From the IMG/VR virus record IMGVR_UViG_2767802067_000002, positions 1 to 64,000 of that record: a stretch of 64,000 nucleotides of DNA. One strand, 5' to 3'. The DNA is from a virus (lineage: Duplodnaviria > Caudoviricetes). Below are positions 19,962 through 29,504 of this stretch, one piece after another. Position 1 is the stretch's first letter. Each line of letters opens with the position of its first letter. The notes beneath the pieces were generated by a model. It ran no database searches and had not been told where the DNA came from. It saw only the letters and a list, made by a program, of their open reading frames with translations. Made by a program: the position numbers and the translations under genes.

Positions 19962-20551
19962 GGCCCCTCCGTCTCCGCCGGGCACGCGCAGTCGACCAGC
20001 GCCACCGTCACCCGCTGCTCCAGGCCGACGCAGCCACCCTGCGGGCCCACCGTCTTCTGCGTACCCACGGAGAACCTGCGCGCACGCGGCAGGCCCAGCG
20101 TGTCCGGCAGGCAGCACAGCATCGCGTTGTAGACCGTGGCCTCGTCGACGTGGAGGACCTTCGCCGCCGCCGCCAGCTCATCGCACGACGGCGGACAGCC
20201 CTCCTCCGTGACCGACGGGGCGCAGCGCAGCAGGGTGACGGCCAGCTCGACGGCGGTGATCTGCGGCGGGACGCAGCCGCGCACGCCCAGCACGATCGAG
20301 GTCTCGGTCGGGAAGTCCTCCAGCGTCGACCGGTACAGCCGCACCACGCTGACCGACAGCTGCCCGCCGGTGTCGCCCGTGCACGGGTCCTCGCAGCCGT
20401 CCCACGCCACCTGGCCCGGCACGACGCACGTCCGGCAGTCGGGGCAGCCAGGCTGTCCTTCCACCTCGGCGGAGGTGGCCTCCAGGGCCGCGCAGACGCA
20501 GCCGAGGACGGCTTCCGTCAGCTCGTGGATCGCGAGCACGGGCAGAGCCAC
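19958..20551 (-). CDS. Tail terminator-like protein, Cys-rich
   Basis: Position; LLRC...GPQGGCVG motif. Confidence 0.65.
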   Translation of the reverse strand: MALPVLAIHELTEAVLGCVCAALEATSAEVEGQPGCPDCRTCVVPGQVAWDGCEDPCTGDTGGQLSVSVVRLYRSTLEDFPTETSIVLGVRGCVPPQITAVELAVTLLRCAPSVTEEGCPPSCDELAAAAKVLHVDEATVYNAMLCCLPDTLGLPRARRFSVGTQKTVGPQGGCVGLEQRVTVALVDCACPAETEGP

Positions 20552-20587
20552 CAGGGGACTCCTTCGGTCGGGCCGGGAACACCCCGG

Positions 20588-21391
20588 TCAGGTCGTCAGC
20601 CGGGGCCGCTTGAAGTCCGGCGAGTAGACGCGGCTCGGGGACGTGAGCCGGTACGGGTTCACCGCCGCGAGCCACATGTCCACGACGGCCAGGCCGGTCC
20701 GGCCCTCGCTGTAGATCAGCGTCGGGTCGGCCTTCTCGATCTCGACGCCCTGCCGGACCATCCGCGTGACGTTCTGGTTCGCGCGGCAGCCGCACGAGCC
20801 CTTCCCGCCGCAGCCCTTGAGCAGGTGGCAGGTCAGCTCGCTGACGGCGGCGATCGCAGACTCGTCCAGCGGCAGCCCCACCCGGTAGGTGACGCACAGC
20901 GTCCCCTCGGTGCCGCACGGGGCGGCGAGGTCGTAGCAGCCGTCCCAGCACGCCCCGTCGGTGCGCACCAGCAGGCTGCCGTTGTCGACGCGGTACGCCT
21001 CCGGCTCCAGCGCCACCGTGCCGTCCTGCACCGAGACGATGTCGTACACCGGCCCGGGCAGGTAGAGCTCGCACAGCTCGCCGCACGAGCAGTCCGTGGA
21101 GCACCCGCAGACCGAGGCGTTCCGCCACGCCCCGTCCGTGCCGATGTACGGGATCCACGGGGTGCCCACGATGCCCCGGCTCCAGCCGACGGTCAGCGGG
21201 TAGTCGTCCAGGCAGGAACGGCGGCACGGCCGGACCGTGTACGGGCACGACGGCCCCCACCGGCGGCCGGACAGCCGGAACAGGATCTGCGAGGCGACTG
21301 CCGTCCACCGGTCGATGTCGGCCTGCTCGACACCCTCGGTGTCGCAGCACAGCTTCACCGGCCACGGTGAGCACACGTCAGGCTGGAGCAC
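20588..21391 (-). CDS. Head-tail adaptor
   Basis: LFRLSGRRW, YRVDNG..LVRTDG, RQGV, TGL..VDMWL..VNP. Confidence 0.75.
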   Translation of the reverse strand: MLQPDVCSPWPVKLCCDTEGVEQADIDRWTAVASQILFRLSGRRWGPSCPYTVRPCRRSCLDDYPLTVGWSRGIVGTPWIPYIGTDGAWRNASVCGCSTDCSCGELCELYLPGPVYDIVSVQDGTVALEPEAYRVDNGSLLVRTDGACWDGCYDLAAPCGTEGTLCVTYRVGLPLDESAIAAVSELTCHLLKGCGGKGSCGCRANQNVTRMVRQGVEIEKADPTLIYSEGRTGLAVVDMWLAAVNPYRLTSPSRVYSPDFKRPRLTT

Positions 21392-21394
21392 CCG

Positions 21395-22072
21395 TCAGAC
21401 CTCCAGTTCGTACGGGCTGGGCGTCGGGAACGCCTCCCGGAGGAACGCCCCCACGTACCCGTGCCGGAAGGCGTCCGTGCCGACCGACAGGACCGGCGCG
21501 TCCAGCGGGAACCTGGGCCCGCGGTACTCGACGACGGCCTTCCCGGCCGGCTCCCCTCCGAGGCCGGCCAGGTTGCCGTACAGGGTGCGCACGTACGGGC
21601 GGGCCAGGCCCTGCGCCGCGTCGAGGGCGGCCAGGGCGCCCGCCTTGTCGACCAGGAGCAGCCCGTTCTCGTACACAACCGGGTCCGGGTGGCCGAGCTC
21701 GGCGAGGCGCGCGACGGTCTCGGCCTGGTCCTCGACGTCGCGGGCCGGGCCGCCGTGCATCACCGGCACGTCCCCGCCCAGGGGCGTCAGGGTGACCGTG
21801 CCCGGCCCGGCGAAGAGGAACGGGTCCGAGATTGCCGAGTCCTCGACGGCGGCCCGCAGCACCCCCGCGGTGCCGGCGTCGGGGTCCGCGTCGAGGAAGA
21901 CGGCGTTGGCCAGCCACCCCGGCCACCGGCCGGCCACGAAGAGGCTGTCGTGCGGGAGGTGGGCCGCCCACGAGCGCGCGGCGTACCGCAGCAGCTCGGG
22001 GGCGGCCCCGACCCGGACCGGGACGACGAGGTCCGGACGGCGCGGAGCCGCCGCTGTCTTGGCCCGGGCCAC
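21395..22072 (-). CDS. Stealth/glycosyltransferase-like protein (degenerate)
   Basis: ELLRYAARSW...LPHD.LFVAG..P.WL resembles ELRYSLRS; ends FPTPSPYE. Confidence 0.5.
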   Translation of the reverse strand: MARAKTAAAPRRPDLVVPVRVGAAPELLRYAARSWAAHLPHDSLFVAGRWPGWLANAVFLDADPDAGTAGVLRAAVEDSAISDPFLFAGPGTVTLTPLGGDVPVMHGGPARDVEDQAETVARLAELGHPDPVVYENGLLLVDKAGALAALDAAQGLARPYVRTLYGNLAGLGGEPAGKAVVEYRGPRFPLDAPVLSVGTDAFRHGYVGAFLREAFPTPSPYELEV

Positions 22073-22773
22073 TACGGCACCGGGGTAAGGCAGACGCCGC
22101 CGGTGACGGCCACGTAGTCACAGACCGCGGCCGGCGGGGCGATCGTCGTCAGGAAGGTACGCCGGTGGCAGGTCGAGCCGAGCGGCGTCAGCATCGTGCC
22201 CGCGGTGTTCGCCGCGTCCTTGGCCTGCACGTTGTAGGGGCCGACGCCCCACTTCCCGCCCGCCCGGGTCGCACCGGTCAGGGTGAGGTCGACCGCCTCG
22301 CTGCCGAGCTCGATGTCCCCGAGCAGGCCGTTGGTCACCCACGGCAGCAGGAAGTACATCCACTGCCCGGTCGCGCCCACCGCGCACTCGTCGCTGATGA
22401 CCTCGGTCCAAATCTCCAGCGCGAAACCGGAGTTGCACTGGACCGAGCAGTCGTCGTACCCGATCGGCTTGCCGTCGTAGCCGAAGTACACCGGGTTCCC
22501 GGTGGCGATGTCGATGAACTCCGGCGCCAGCGAGAAGAAGTGCAACTCGAGGTCGTAGCCGTTGAACGTGGGGCATCCGCGCTTGAAGCCGCACTGGCGG
22601 CCGTTCGCCGCCTTGTACTCGATGTCCGTGCCGTCCGTGGTGTTGACGTTCATCGCGAGCGTCGAGAAGCAGTCGAACACGTACCCGGAGTCGTTGGCGC
22701 AGACAGGACGGCCGCAGCCGTCAACCTTCGTGAGGCGGATGGTGCTCGCTTCCGCGGTCAAGGGGCAACCCAT
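22072..22773 (-). CDS. Major tail protein
   Basis: IRLTKVDGCGRP, GFALEIWT, YFLLPWV, WGVGPYNV as in actinophage cluster-B-like tail tubes. Confidence 0.85.
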   Translation of the reverse strand: MGCPLTAEASTIRLTKVDGCGRPVCANDSGYVFDCFSTLAMNVNTTDGTDIEYKAANGRQCGFKRGCPTFNGYDLELHFFSLAPEFIDIATGNPVYFGYDGKPIGYDDCSVQCNSGFALEIWTEVISDECAVGATGQWMYFLLPWVTNGLLGDIELGSEAVDLTLTGATRAGGKWGVGPYNVQAKDAANTAGTMLTPLGSTCHRRTFLTTIAPPAAVCDYVAVTGGVCLTPVP

Positions 22774-22800
22774 GGGGCCCTCCAACGGTGAGTGTTGGTA

Positions 22801-22838
22801 GGCCCGGCCCAGAACCAGCAGCGCTACCACCCAGCATA
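22801..22838 (-). promoter_or_regulatory. Late promoter and leader motif (major tail)
   Basis: TATGCT-N7-AGCGCTGCTGGTTCTGGGCCGGGCC. Confidence 0.75.
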
Positions 22839-22890
22839 GGGGGCGCAGCGGGCCCGGAGGGGGCAGGAACGGCCGCAGGGCGGTGGACGT

Positions 22891-22930
22891 GCTGAGAGGG
22901 CGTCAGGGCGGCCCCCGACGCCCTCTCAGC
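22891..22930 (-). terminator. Terminator hairpin
   Basis: GCTGAGAGGGCGTC...GACGCCCTCTCAGC. Confidence 0.7.
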
Positions 22931-22940
22931 AGCCCTTCGG

Positions 22941-23129
22941 CTACTCCTTCGCGGGAAGGCCCGCGAGGACGCCGGCCAGGTTCACCACCGGCGGCTCCAG
23001 CCCGGCCGCCGCCTGCTGCTCCCGGTACTCCTCCTCGCTGATCTCCCTCCAGCCGTCCGGCACCGGCAGGACGCCGCCGGTGCGCATCAGGGATGTGCCG
23101 CTCTCGGAGACGTAGAACTTGGCCGCCAT
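22941..23129 (-). CDS. Small protein, fibre-chaperone-like
   Basis: GWREISEEEY; AAGAGG RBS; follows the repeat protein. Confidence 0.6.
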   Translation of the reverse strand: MAAKFYVSESGTSLMRTGGVLPVPDGWREISEEEYREQQAAAGLEPPVVNLAGVLAGLPAKE

Positions 23130-23139
23130 CGGGGCCTCC

Positions 23140-25776
23140 TTACGGGGTGTTCGTGGTGTAGATGATGAAGGCGTCCGAGGTCCACTGGTTGATCCGCGTG
23201 ATCTGACCGGACGTCACGTTGACGGCCGGGTAGATCGCGATCGAGGACGGCGTACCCGCCGGGATGTTCCAGTTCGTGACGTAGACGTTGCCGTTGCGGC
23301 GGATGCGCCGGCCGTTCGGTGCGCTGCTCAGCTCGCCCCACAGCGGCCGGACGGACACGTTGCCGTCCTGGACGACGACGAGCCCGACGTCGAAGACGCT
23401 GCCGGTGGTGTACTCGATGTCGAAGTTCCCGGTGTTGCCGACGACGTAGCCGTACGTCCGGCAGTCGTTCCCGACGAAGTTCGCCGGGAGGTTGAACTGC
23501 TGGTTCGCGCCCGCGTCGACCAGCCTCCAGCCGCCGGACGGGCCGATCGGGGTGAGGAACCCGCCGGTGAAGTGGTCCACGTAGATGTGGTCCTCGGCGG
23601 AGTAGTGCTCCGGCGGGGTCCACAGCTTGCCCGTGGTCGGGTCGCACTTGAGGGTCGAGTGCGTCGGCGCGTCGCAGGTCCAGGTAGCCGACCACGCCTC
23701 CTGGCCGGCCTCCGGGACGACGACGAGCGGGTCCGCCGCCGTGCCGACACCGTCAAGGCCGCAACCGGTCACCAGCGCCGCCGCAGCCGGGGAGAAGAGA
23801 CCGCCGTCCGTGCCGATCTTCGTCTGGTTCCCCGCGTCGGTGCTGATCTGGGCCTTGATGACGCCGGTGGCCGGGTCGTAGTCGATGCCGGGGCCCTCGC
23901 TGATGCACGTCCTGACCTGCGCGCACTCCAGGTAGAGCCCGTTCGCCCCCGCCTTGATGAGGTTGGTGCCGCCGCCCGGCGGGGCCGGGTCGAGCTTCAC
24001 CACGCTGCTCACCACGTACGGCGACGCCGCGGTGCCGGCGCCCGTCACCGTGTTGTCGACCGTCGGGGTGTCCCCGGCCGTGACGACGGTGCTCCCACCG
24101 CCGCCGCTGGCCGGGGTGTACAGGCCGCCGTCGGTGCCGATCACGGTCGTGTTCCCCGCGTCGGTGCTGATCTGGGCCTTGATGACGCCCGTCGCCGGGT
24201 CGTAGTCGATGCCCGGGCCCTCGCTGATGCACGTCCTGACCTGCGCGCACTCCAGGTAGAGCCCGTCACTGTTGAGCTTGATCAGGTTCGTGCCGCCGCC
24301 CGGCGGGGTCGGGTCGAGCCTGACGTCCGACTTGATCACGTACGGGTCGCCGGCCGCCCCGGTGCCGGTGATCGCCATGTCCACCGAGGAGGTGTCGAGG
24401 ATCTGCACGATCGTCCCGCCGCCGCCGCCACCGACCGGGGCCCACAGGCCGCCGTCCGTGCCGAAGGTCAGCGAGTTCCCGCCGTCCGCCGACAGCTGCG
24501 CCTTGATGACGCCGGTGGCCGGGTCGTAGTCGATGCCGGGGCCTTCGCTGATGCACGTCCTGACCTGCGCGCACTCCAGGTAGAGGCCGTTCGCCCCCGC
24601 CTTGATGAGGTTGGTGCCGCCGCCGGGAGGGGTGGGGTCGAGCTTCACCACGCTGCTCAGCACGTACGGCGACGCCGCCGTGCCGGTGCCGGTGAGGGTG
24701 TGGTCGACCGTGCTGGTGTCCTGCACCGTGAGCTGCCCGGAAGACGAGGTGTAGATCCCGCCGTCCGGGCCGATGCTGGTGACGTTCCCGGCCTGGGTGC
24801 TGATCTGGGCCTTGATGACGCCGGTGGCCGGGTCGTAGTCGATGCCCGGGCCCTCGCTGATGCACGTCCTGACCTGCGCGCACTCCAGGTAGAGCCCGTT
24901 CGCACCGGTCTTGATGAGGTTGGTGCCGCCGCCCGGCGGGGCCGGCTCCAGCTTCACGACGCTGCTCACCACGTACGGCGACGCCGCCGTGCCGGTGCCG
25001 GTGAGGGTCATGTCGACCGTGCTCGTGTCCTGCACCGTCACCTGGCCGGACACGGGGGTGAGGATCCCGCCGTCCGGGCCGATGCTCGTCGTGTTCCCGG
25101 GCTGGGTGCTGATCTGCGCCTTGATGACGCCGGTGACCGGGTCGTAGTCGATGCCCGGGCCCTCGCTCAGGCACGTCCTGACCTGCGCGCACTCCAGGTA
25201 GAGGCCGGTCGCCGAGGTCTGGATCAGGTTCGTCCCGCCGCCGGGCGGGGTCGGGTTGAGCTTCACCGTGCTGCTCAGCACGTACGGGTTCGCCGCGGTA
25301 CCGGTGCCGGTCAGGGTGTGGTCGACCGTGGAGGTGTCGACCACGGAGAGCTGCCCGGAGGACGCGGTGTAGATCCCACCGTCTCCGCCGATCGTCGTCA
25401 CGTTGCCGGGCAGGCCGCTGATCTGAGCGGAGATCACACCGGTTGCGGGGTTGTAGTCGATCCCCGGGCCCTCGGAGATGCACGTCCTGACCTGCGCACA
25501 CTCCAGGTACAGGCCCTCGGCGTTCGACTTGATCAGGTTCGTCCCGCCGCCGGGCGGGGTCGAGTCCAGCTTCACCGCGCTGCTGATGACGTACGGCGAG
25601 CCGGCCGACCCGTTCCCGCTGATCGTCATGTCCACCGTGTCGGTGTCCGTGACCTGGACGATCGTCTGGTCCGCGCTGATCACGTACGGCGAACCCGCCG
25701 ACCCGTTCCCGGTGATCGTGACGCGGCTACCGGCCTGGAGGACGCAAGAGCACGTAGTGCGGCAGCAGGTCGCCAT
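23140..25776 (-). CDS. Virion fibre or decoration protein with six ~103-108-aa tandem repeats
   Basis: GLYLECAQVRTC(I/L)SEGPGIDY occurs six times; starts MATCCRTTCSC. Confidence 0.85.
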   Translation of the reverse strand: MATCCRTTCSCVLQAGSRVTITGNGSAGSPYVISADQTIVQVTDTDTVDMTISGNGSAGSPYVISSAVKLDSTPPGGGTNLIKSNAEGLYLECAQVRTCISEGPGIDYNPATGVISAQISGLPGNVTTIGGDGGIYTASSGQLSVVDTSTVDHTLTGTGTAANPYVLSSTVKLNPTPPGGGTNLIQTSATGLYLECAQVRTCLSEGPGIDYDPVTGVIKAQISTQPGNTTSIGPDGGILTPVSGQVTVQDTSTVDMTLTGTGTAASPYVVSSVVKLEPAPPGGGTNLIKTGANGLYLECAQVRTCISEGPGIDYDPATGVIKAQISTQAGNVTSIGPDGGIYTSSSGQLTVQDTSTVDHTLTGTGTAASPYVLSSVVKLDPTPPGGGTNLIKAGANGLYLECAQVRTCISEGPGIDYDPATGVIKAQLSADGGNSLTFGTDGGLWAPVGGGGGGTIVQILDTSSVDMAITGTGAAGDPYVIKSDVRLDPTPPGGGTNLIKLNSDGLYLECAQVRTCISEGPGIDYDPATGVIKAQISTDAGNTTVIGTDGGLYTPASGGGGSTVVTAGDTPTVDNTVTGAGTAASPYVVSSVVKLDPAPPGGGTNLIKAGANGLYLECAQVRTCISEGPGIDYDPATGVIKAQISTDAGNQTKIGTDGGLFSPAAAALVTGCGLDGVGTAADPLVVVPEAGQEAWSATWTCDAPTHSTLKCDPTTGKLWTPPEHYSAEDHIYVDHFTGGFLTPIGPSGGWRLVDAGANQQFNLPANFVGNDCRTYGYVVGNTGNFDIEYTTGSVFDVGLVVVQDGNVSVRPLWGELSSAPNGRRIRRNGNVYVTNWNIPAGTPSSIAIYPAVNVTSGQITRINQWTSDAFIIYTTNTP

Positions 25777-25817
25777 GGGGCGCTCCCCTCACGCCTCTAC
25801 GGCGTGCGCAGAAAGGA

Positions 25818-25854
25818 GGCCCGGCCTAGCACCAGCAGCGCTGCGCCCAGTCTA
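25818..25854 (-). promoter_or_regulatory. Late promoter and leader motif (repeat protein)
   Basis: TAGACT-N6-AGCGCTGCTGGTGCTAGGCCGGGCC. Confidence 0.75.
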
Positions 25855-25904
25855 GCGACGGCCCGCCCGGCGGCCCGGAGGAGTAGGCCGGGCCGCCCGG
25901 CCGC

Positions 25905-26444
25905 TCACACGCCCTGGCCGGCCTCGATCGCCAGGAGGTGGACCGTCGCCCCCGAGAGGGGCTGCGGGACCTGGAGGACGCTGATCCCGAGGATCACCAC
26001 GCCGGGACTCTGACGGACGTTCACCGTGCAGGAGGCACCGGACAGGGCCGTGACGCGCGCCTCGGTGACGTTGTTGTTGGTGGTCGCCAGGCCGACGCTC
26101 GTGACCGGCGCAGCGGGGAACGCGGGGGTGAACGTGAAGGTGGCGTTCCCGGAGCCGTCCGAGACGGCCGTCCCGGCGTAGACGCGGCGGGCCGCGGTCG
26201 GGGCGACGACCCACCGGGTGCCGTCCGACTGCACCCTCCGCGCCCGGCCGGCCAGGACGGTCAGCGTCGCGGTCGGTACGCCGTCGACCAGGAACGGCGT
26301 CGCCCCCGTCGAGGACCACACCGCGGAGGCGGCGGAGGTGTTCGTGAGGTCGTGCGTCCGGCCGGAGACGGTCGTCGGGTCCGGCAGGGACTCCGTGGCC
26401 GTAGACGCTTCGACGATCAGCGCGTCGGTGTCGTGCAGGCTCAT
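25905..26444 (-). CDS. Putative virion protein with beta-rich C-terminal domain
   Basis: VQSDGTRW, FTFTPAFPAAP; operon context. Confidence 0.7.
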   Translation of the reverse strand: MSLHDTDALIVEASTATESLPDPTTVSGRTHDLTNTSAASAVWSSTGATPFLVDGVPTATLTVLAGRARRVQSDGTRWVVAPTAARRVYAGTAVSDGSGNATFTFTPAFPAAPVTSVGLATTNNNVTEARVTALSGASCTVNVRQSPGVVILGISVLQVPQPLSGATVHLLAIEAGQGV

Positions 26445-26453
26445 GATGGCCCC

Positions 26454-28331
26454 TCAGAGGGTGTCGTCGAAGGACTTGTTGGCGAGCCGCCCGGCGTTCG
26501 CTGCCGTCAGCGTCTTCACCGCAACGAGGCTCACCTCCGTGTCGGTGTGGACGAACGCGCCGCCGTTGACCGTCGCCCCGCCCGCGACCCGGCACCGCTG
26601 CGCCGCTCCGCCCGCCGGGAGGTTCAGCGTCGAGCCCTGCTCAACCGTGCAGTCCCGGACCGGCTGACCGGCGACCCGGGCGCCCGCGACGGTCAGCGTC
26701 GACTGCCCGCGCACGCTCATCCCGTAGACGTCGCCCACGCCGCCGCCAGCGGAGCCGGTGAGGCCGGTCAGGGTGAGGGTCGACAGGCCCTCGATCCGGT
26801 TGTTCCGGACCTGCTTCGCGGTCGCGTCGCCCCCGGTGTAGGTGATCGTGGAACCGCCGTCGACGTGGTTGTCCGTGAACGCGGTCTGCCCGGATAGGCC
26901 GCTGGAGGCGTTGTTGATCGTGACGATGCCGCCGAGGATGTCGCAGCCGTCGATGACCGCGCCGTCCGTCGTCCCGGTGATCGTGATGACGCCCTCACCG
27001 GCCACGGAGCTACCGCGCACCACGGATCGGCTGATCTGGTTGGCGTTCGTGCCGGTCGTCGTGGAGAACGTCACCTGGGCGCCGCCCTCAATCCGGGACT
27101 GGTCGAGCCGGTCCCCGATTGAGGCGATGGCCGCCGCGGTGGTGCCGGACTCGGTGACCGTGGCTAGGCCGCCGACGTAGGAACCGACGCCCATGGACAG
27201 GGAGCGCACGGACGTCACGACCATCGTGCCGTTCTCCAGGGTGCCGTTCTGGAGACTCAGGCTTCCGGAGGACCCGGCGGCGAGGCGCAGCGTGCCGCTC
27301 TTCGTCCAGGACCCGGAGAGCTGGATGGTGCCGCTGCCCTGGTGGTCGATCGTGGTCCCGGTGTAGTAGCCGGCCGTGATGTCCATGCGGCCCGCGGCCG
27401 GGCCGCGCGTGACGATGATGTTGTCGATCGTCGCGTCGGTGACGTTGACGCTGGAGCCGTTCACCCCGTCGACGGTCCATAGGATGCCGAAGGCGATGTC
27501 TGAGCGCGTGATGGCGACCGTGGTGTCACCGAGGCTGGTGATGCTGCCCCCGGCCGCTGCGCCGCGCAGCCTGGACGTGGAGACCGAGAAGCTGGCCGCG
27601 ACGGTCCCGGCCTGGCCGCGCAGGGTCACGCCCCGTAGGTCCGACGTGCCGATGCTGACCGTCTTCAAGCTGCCCGGGTCATTGATGACCGACGAGGAGA
27701 ACAGCCGGGACGACGCCTGGATGAGGATGGAGCCGGTGGCCGCGCCGGTCACGGTCGTCCCGTGCAGGTGCGAGTTCGTGATCGACATCACGTTGCCCGT
27801 GGTGACGACGCTGCTGTTCTCGATCTTGCTCGCGGTCATGTTGCCGCTGGCCCAGCCGGTCATGTCCAGCGTGCTGTTCGCGACCCGGTTGCCGGTGACC
27901 ACGCGCGCGGTCGCCGGGGCGGTCAGCGTCACCGAGTCGAACTCGTTCTCCGACCACAGCGCGGTGCCCCAGGGGAAGGTGCCGAGGATCGGGGACGTGC
28001 CGGTCGAGTCCCGGACGACGTTGTTGAGGTTGTCCCGCAGCTCGATGAGCTGGCCGACCGCGCCGCGGTCGATGTCGTACAGGCCCGCCCACCCGTTGTT
28101 GTCGTACGGGGTGAACACCTTCGCCTCCAGGGCGAGGGTGGAGGCGTTGACGGCGTGGAGCTCCACGAGGTTCGGGCCGGCCAGGGTCGCCCCCTGGGTG
28201 AAGTCCGTGAGCACGTAGTGGCACTGGGGGTCGAGGCCGCCCGCGTCCCGCAGGGCGCGCAGCGCCGCGGCCGTCATCGGGCCCGGGCACGCCGCCTGTG
28301 TCGGCGGGGTGAAGCTACCGGAGGTGGACAT
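26454..28331 (-). CDS. Putative beta-helix spike or fibre protein
   Basis: Long Gly/Thr/Ser/Val/Ile-rich beta-solenoid-like sequence. Confidence 0.7.
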   Translation of the reverse strand: MSTSGSFTPPTQAACPGPMTAAALRALRDAGGLDPQCHYVLTDFTQGATLAGPNLVELHAVNASTLALEAKVFTPYDNNGWAGLYDIDRGAVGQLIELRDNLNNVVRDSTGTSPILGTFPWGTALWSENEFDSVTLTAPATARVVTGNRVANSTLDMTGWASGNMTASKIENSSVVTTGNVMSITNSHLHGTTVTGAATGSILIQASSRLFSSSVINDPGSLKTVSIGTSDLRGVTLRGQAGTVAASFSVSTSRLRGAAAGGSITSLGDTTVAITRSDIAFGILWTVDGVNGSSVNVTDATIDNIIVTRGPAAGRMDITAGYYTGTTIDHQGSGTIQLSGSWTKSGTLRLAAGSSGSLSLQNGTLENGTMVVTSVRSLSMGVGSYVGGLATVTESGTTAAAIASIGDRLDQSRIEGGAQVTFSTTTGTNANQISRSVVRGSSVAGEGVITITGTTDGAVIDGCDILGGIVTINNASSGLSGQTAFTDNHVDGGSTITYTGGDATAKQVRNNRIEGLSTLTLTGLTGSAGGGVGDVYGMSVRGQSTLTVAGARVAGQPVRDCTVEQGSTLNLPAGGAAQRCRVAGGATVNGGAFVHTDTEVSLVAVKTLTAANAGRLANKSFDDTL

Positions 28332-28340
28332 CGCTCTCCC

Positions 28341-29441
28341 TTAGGCGTTGAGGAGTTCGAGACGGAACCGGATCGGGGGCTGCACCGACACGTTGTTGAA
28401 GTGCAGGGCGATCGTGCTCCCCCCGTTCATCCGGACCGTCCCCGACGAGGCGGACTGCGGCGGCCCGGACACGTACGTCAGGCGGGCGCGGTGTCCGCCC
28501 CCGAAGACGTTCGAGAGGCGCTGTTCGCCGATGTCCATGCCGGTCAGGTTGGTGGGCCAGGTGATCGCGGGGGACCCGGAGGCCGTGAAGGAGATGAAGG
28601 CGGCGCCGGAGGGCTGACCGTTCCCGTTGTCGCCGAAGCTCATCTCCACCGCGCTCACGCCGTTCCAGGTGAAGGACGGCGTGCCGGTGGTCGGGTCGTA
28701 GCAGGCCCCGGTGAGCGTCCACCCGGTGGCGGAGGACGGGGTGGGCACGACGTTGCACATGTTCTCCGCCGTGCCGGACGGGTCGTCCCCGAAGGCGCTG
28801 GAGTTCATGGTGAGCGTGGGCGTGATGAACGGCGTGGGCTGGTCGCAGGACACCACGTCCGCGTTCGCCACGAGGTTGCCGTACTGGTCGTACCACTCCA
28901 GCGTGGTCCCCCGCCGACATGCGAACACCGGCTCGAAGGTGAGGAGTTGGAGTTCCCGCCACAGCGGGGCGATCGCCCCGCCGATCTGCTTGTCCAGGGT
29001 GCGCAGGACCACCCGGTCCACCCCGGTCAGCTCCAGCCCGAGAGGGAGCGTGTGCGTGGTGGGACCCGCGCCGTTCACCCCCTGGAACGTCGCCGTGGTC
29101 AGCAGCGTCGCCCCGGCGTAGAACTCGGCGGTGAAGCGGTTCAGCCCGTCGGAGTCGGTCAGCAGGCTGCCGCCCTGGTTCCACAGCCTGAGGCCCCGCA
29201 CCCGGTTGTGCGGGGTGCTGAGGGTGTACTCCACCCGCAGCGTCGTGCTCGGCGTGTTCCCGACCGTCGTGGTGTACCCCGAGTTGACGGTCGAGGTCGT
29301 GTCGCCGTCAGCCGTCAGGGCCAGGTTCGTCTGGGTCCATCCGGCCTGTGACGCCGTCTCGGCGACCCCGGTGAACTGGACGCCGACCAGCGCGCACGCA
29401 GAGGCCAACCCCACGGGGCAGCAGTTGCAGGGGACCGCCAT
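28341..29441 (-). CDS. Putative virion protein with discoidin/CBM-like domain
   Basis: ADGDTTS...VRGLRLWN...RELQL; starts MAVPCNCC. Confidence 0.65.
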   Translation of the reverse strand: MAVPCNCCPVGLASACALVGVQFTGVAETASQAGWTQTNLALTADGDTTSTVNSGYTTTVGNTPSTTLRVEYTLSTPHNRVRGLRLWNQGGSLLTDSDGLNRFTAEFYAGATLLTTATFQGVNGAGPTTHTLPLGLELTGVDRVVLRTLDKQIGGAIAPLWRELQLLTFEPVFACRRGTTLEWYDQYGNLVANADVVSCDQPTPFITPTLTMNSSAFGDDPSGTAENMCNVVPTPSSATGWTLTGACYDPTTGTPSFTWNGVSAVEMSFGDNGNGQPSGAAFISFTASGSPAITWPTNLTGMDIGEQRLSNVFGGGHRARLTYVSGPPQSASSGTVRMNGGSTIALHFNNVSVQPPIRFRLELLNA

Positions 29442-29459
29442 GGGCTCACCTCTCTTAGA

Positions 29460-29495
29460 CCGGGCGGGACGGCCCTCGTGGGTCGTCCCGCCCGG
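29460..29495 (-). terminator. Intergenic hairpin
   Basis: CCGGGCGGGACGGCCC-TCGT-GGGTCGTCCCGCCCGG. Confidence 0.65.
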
Positions 29496-29504
29496 CGCCG
29501 GCTC

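Noticed and set aside
23800-25600. Regularly spaced DNA repeats as a CRISPR or ncRNA array
   Set aside because: Units are about 309-324 bp, in frame, with synonymous variation: protein repeats
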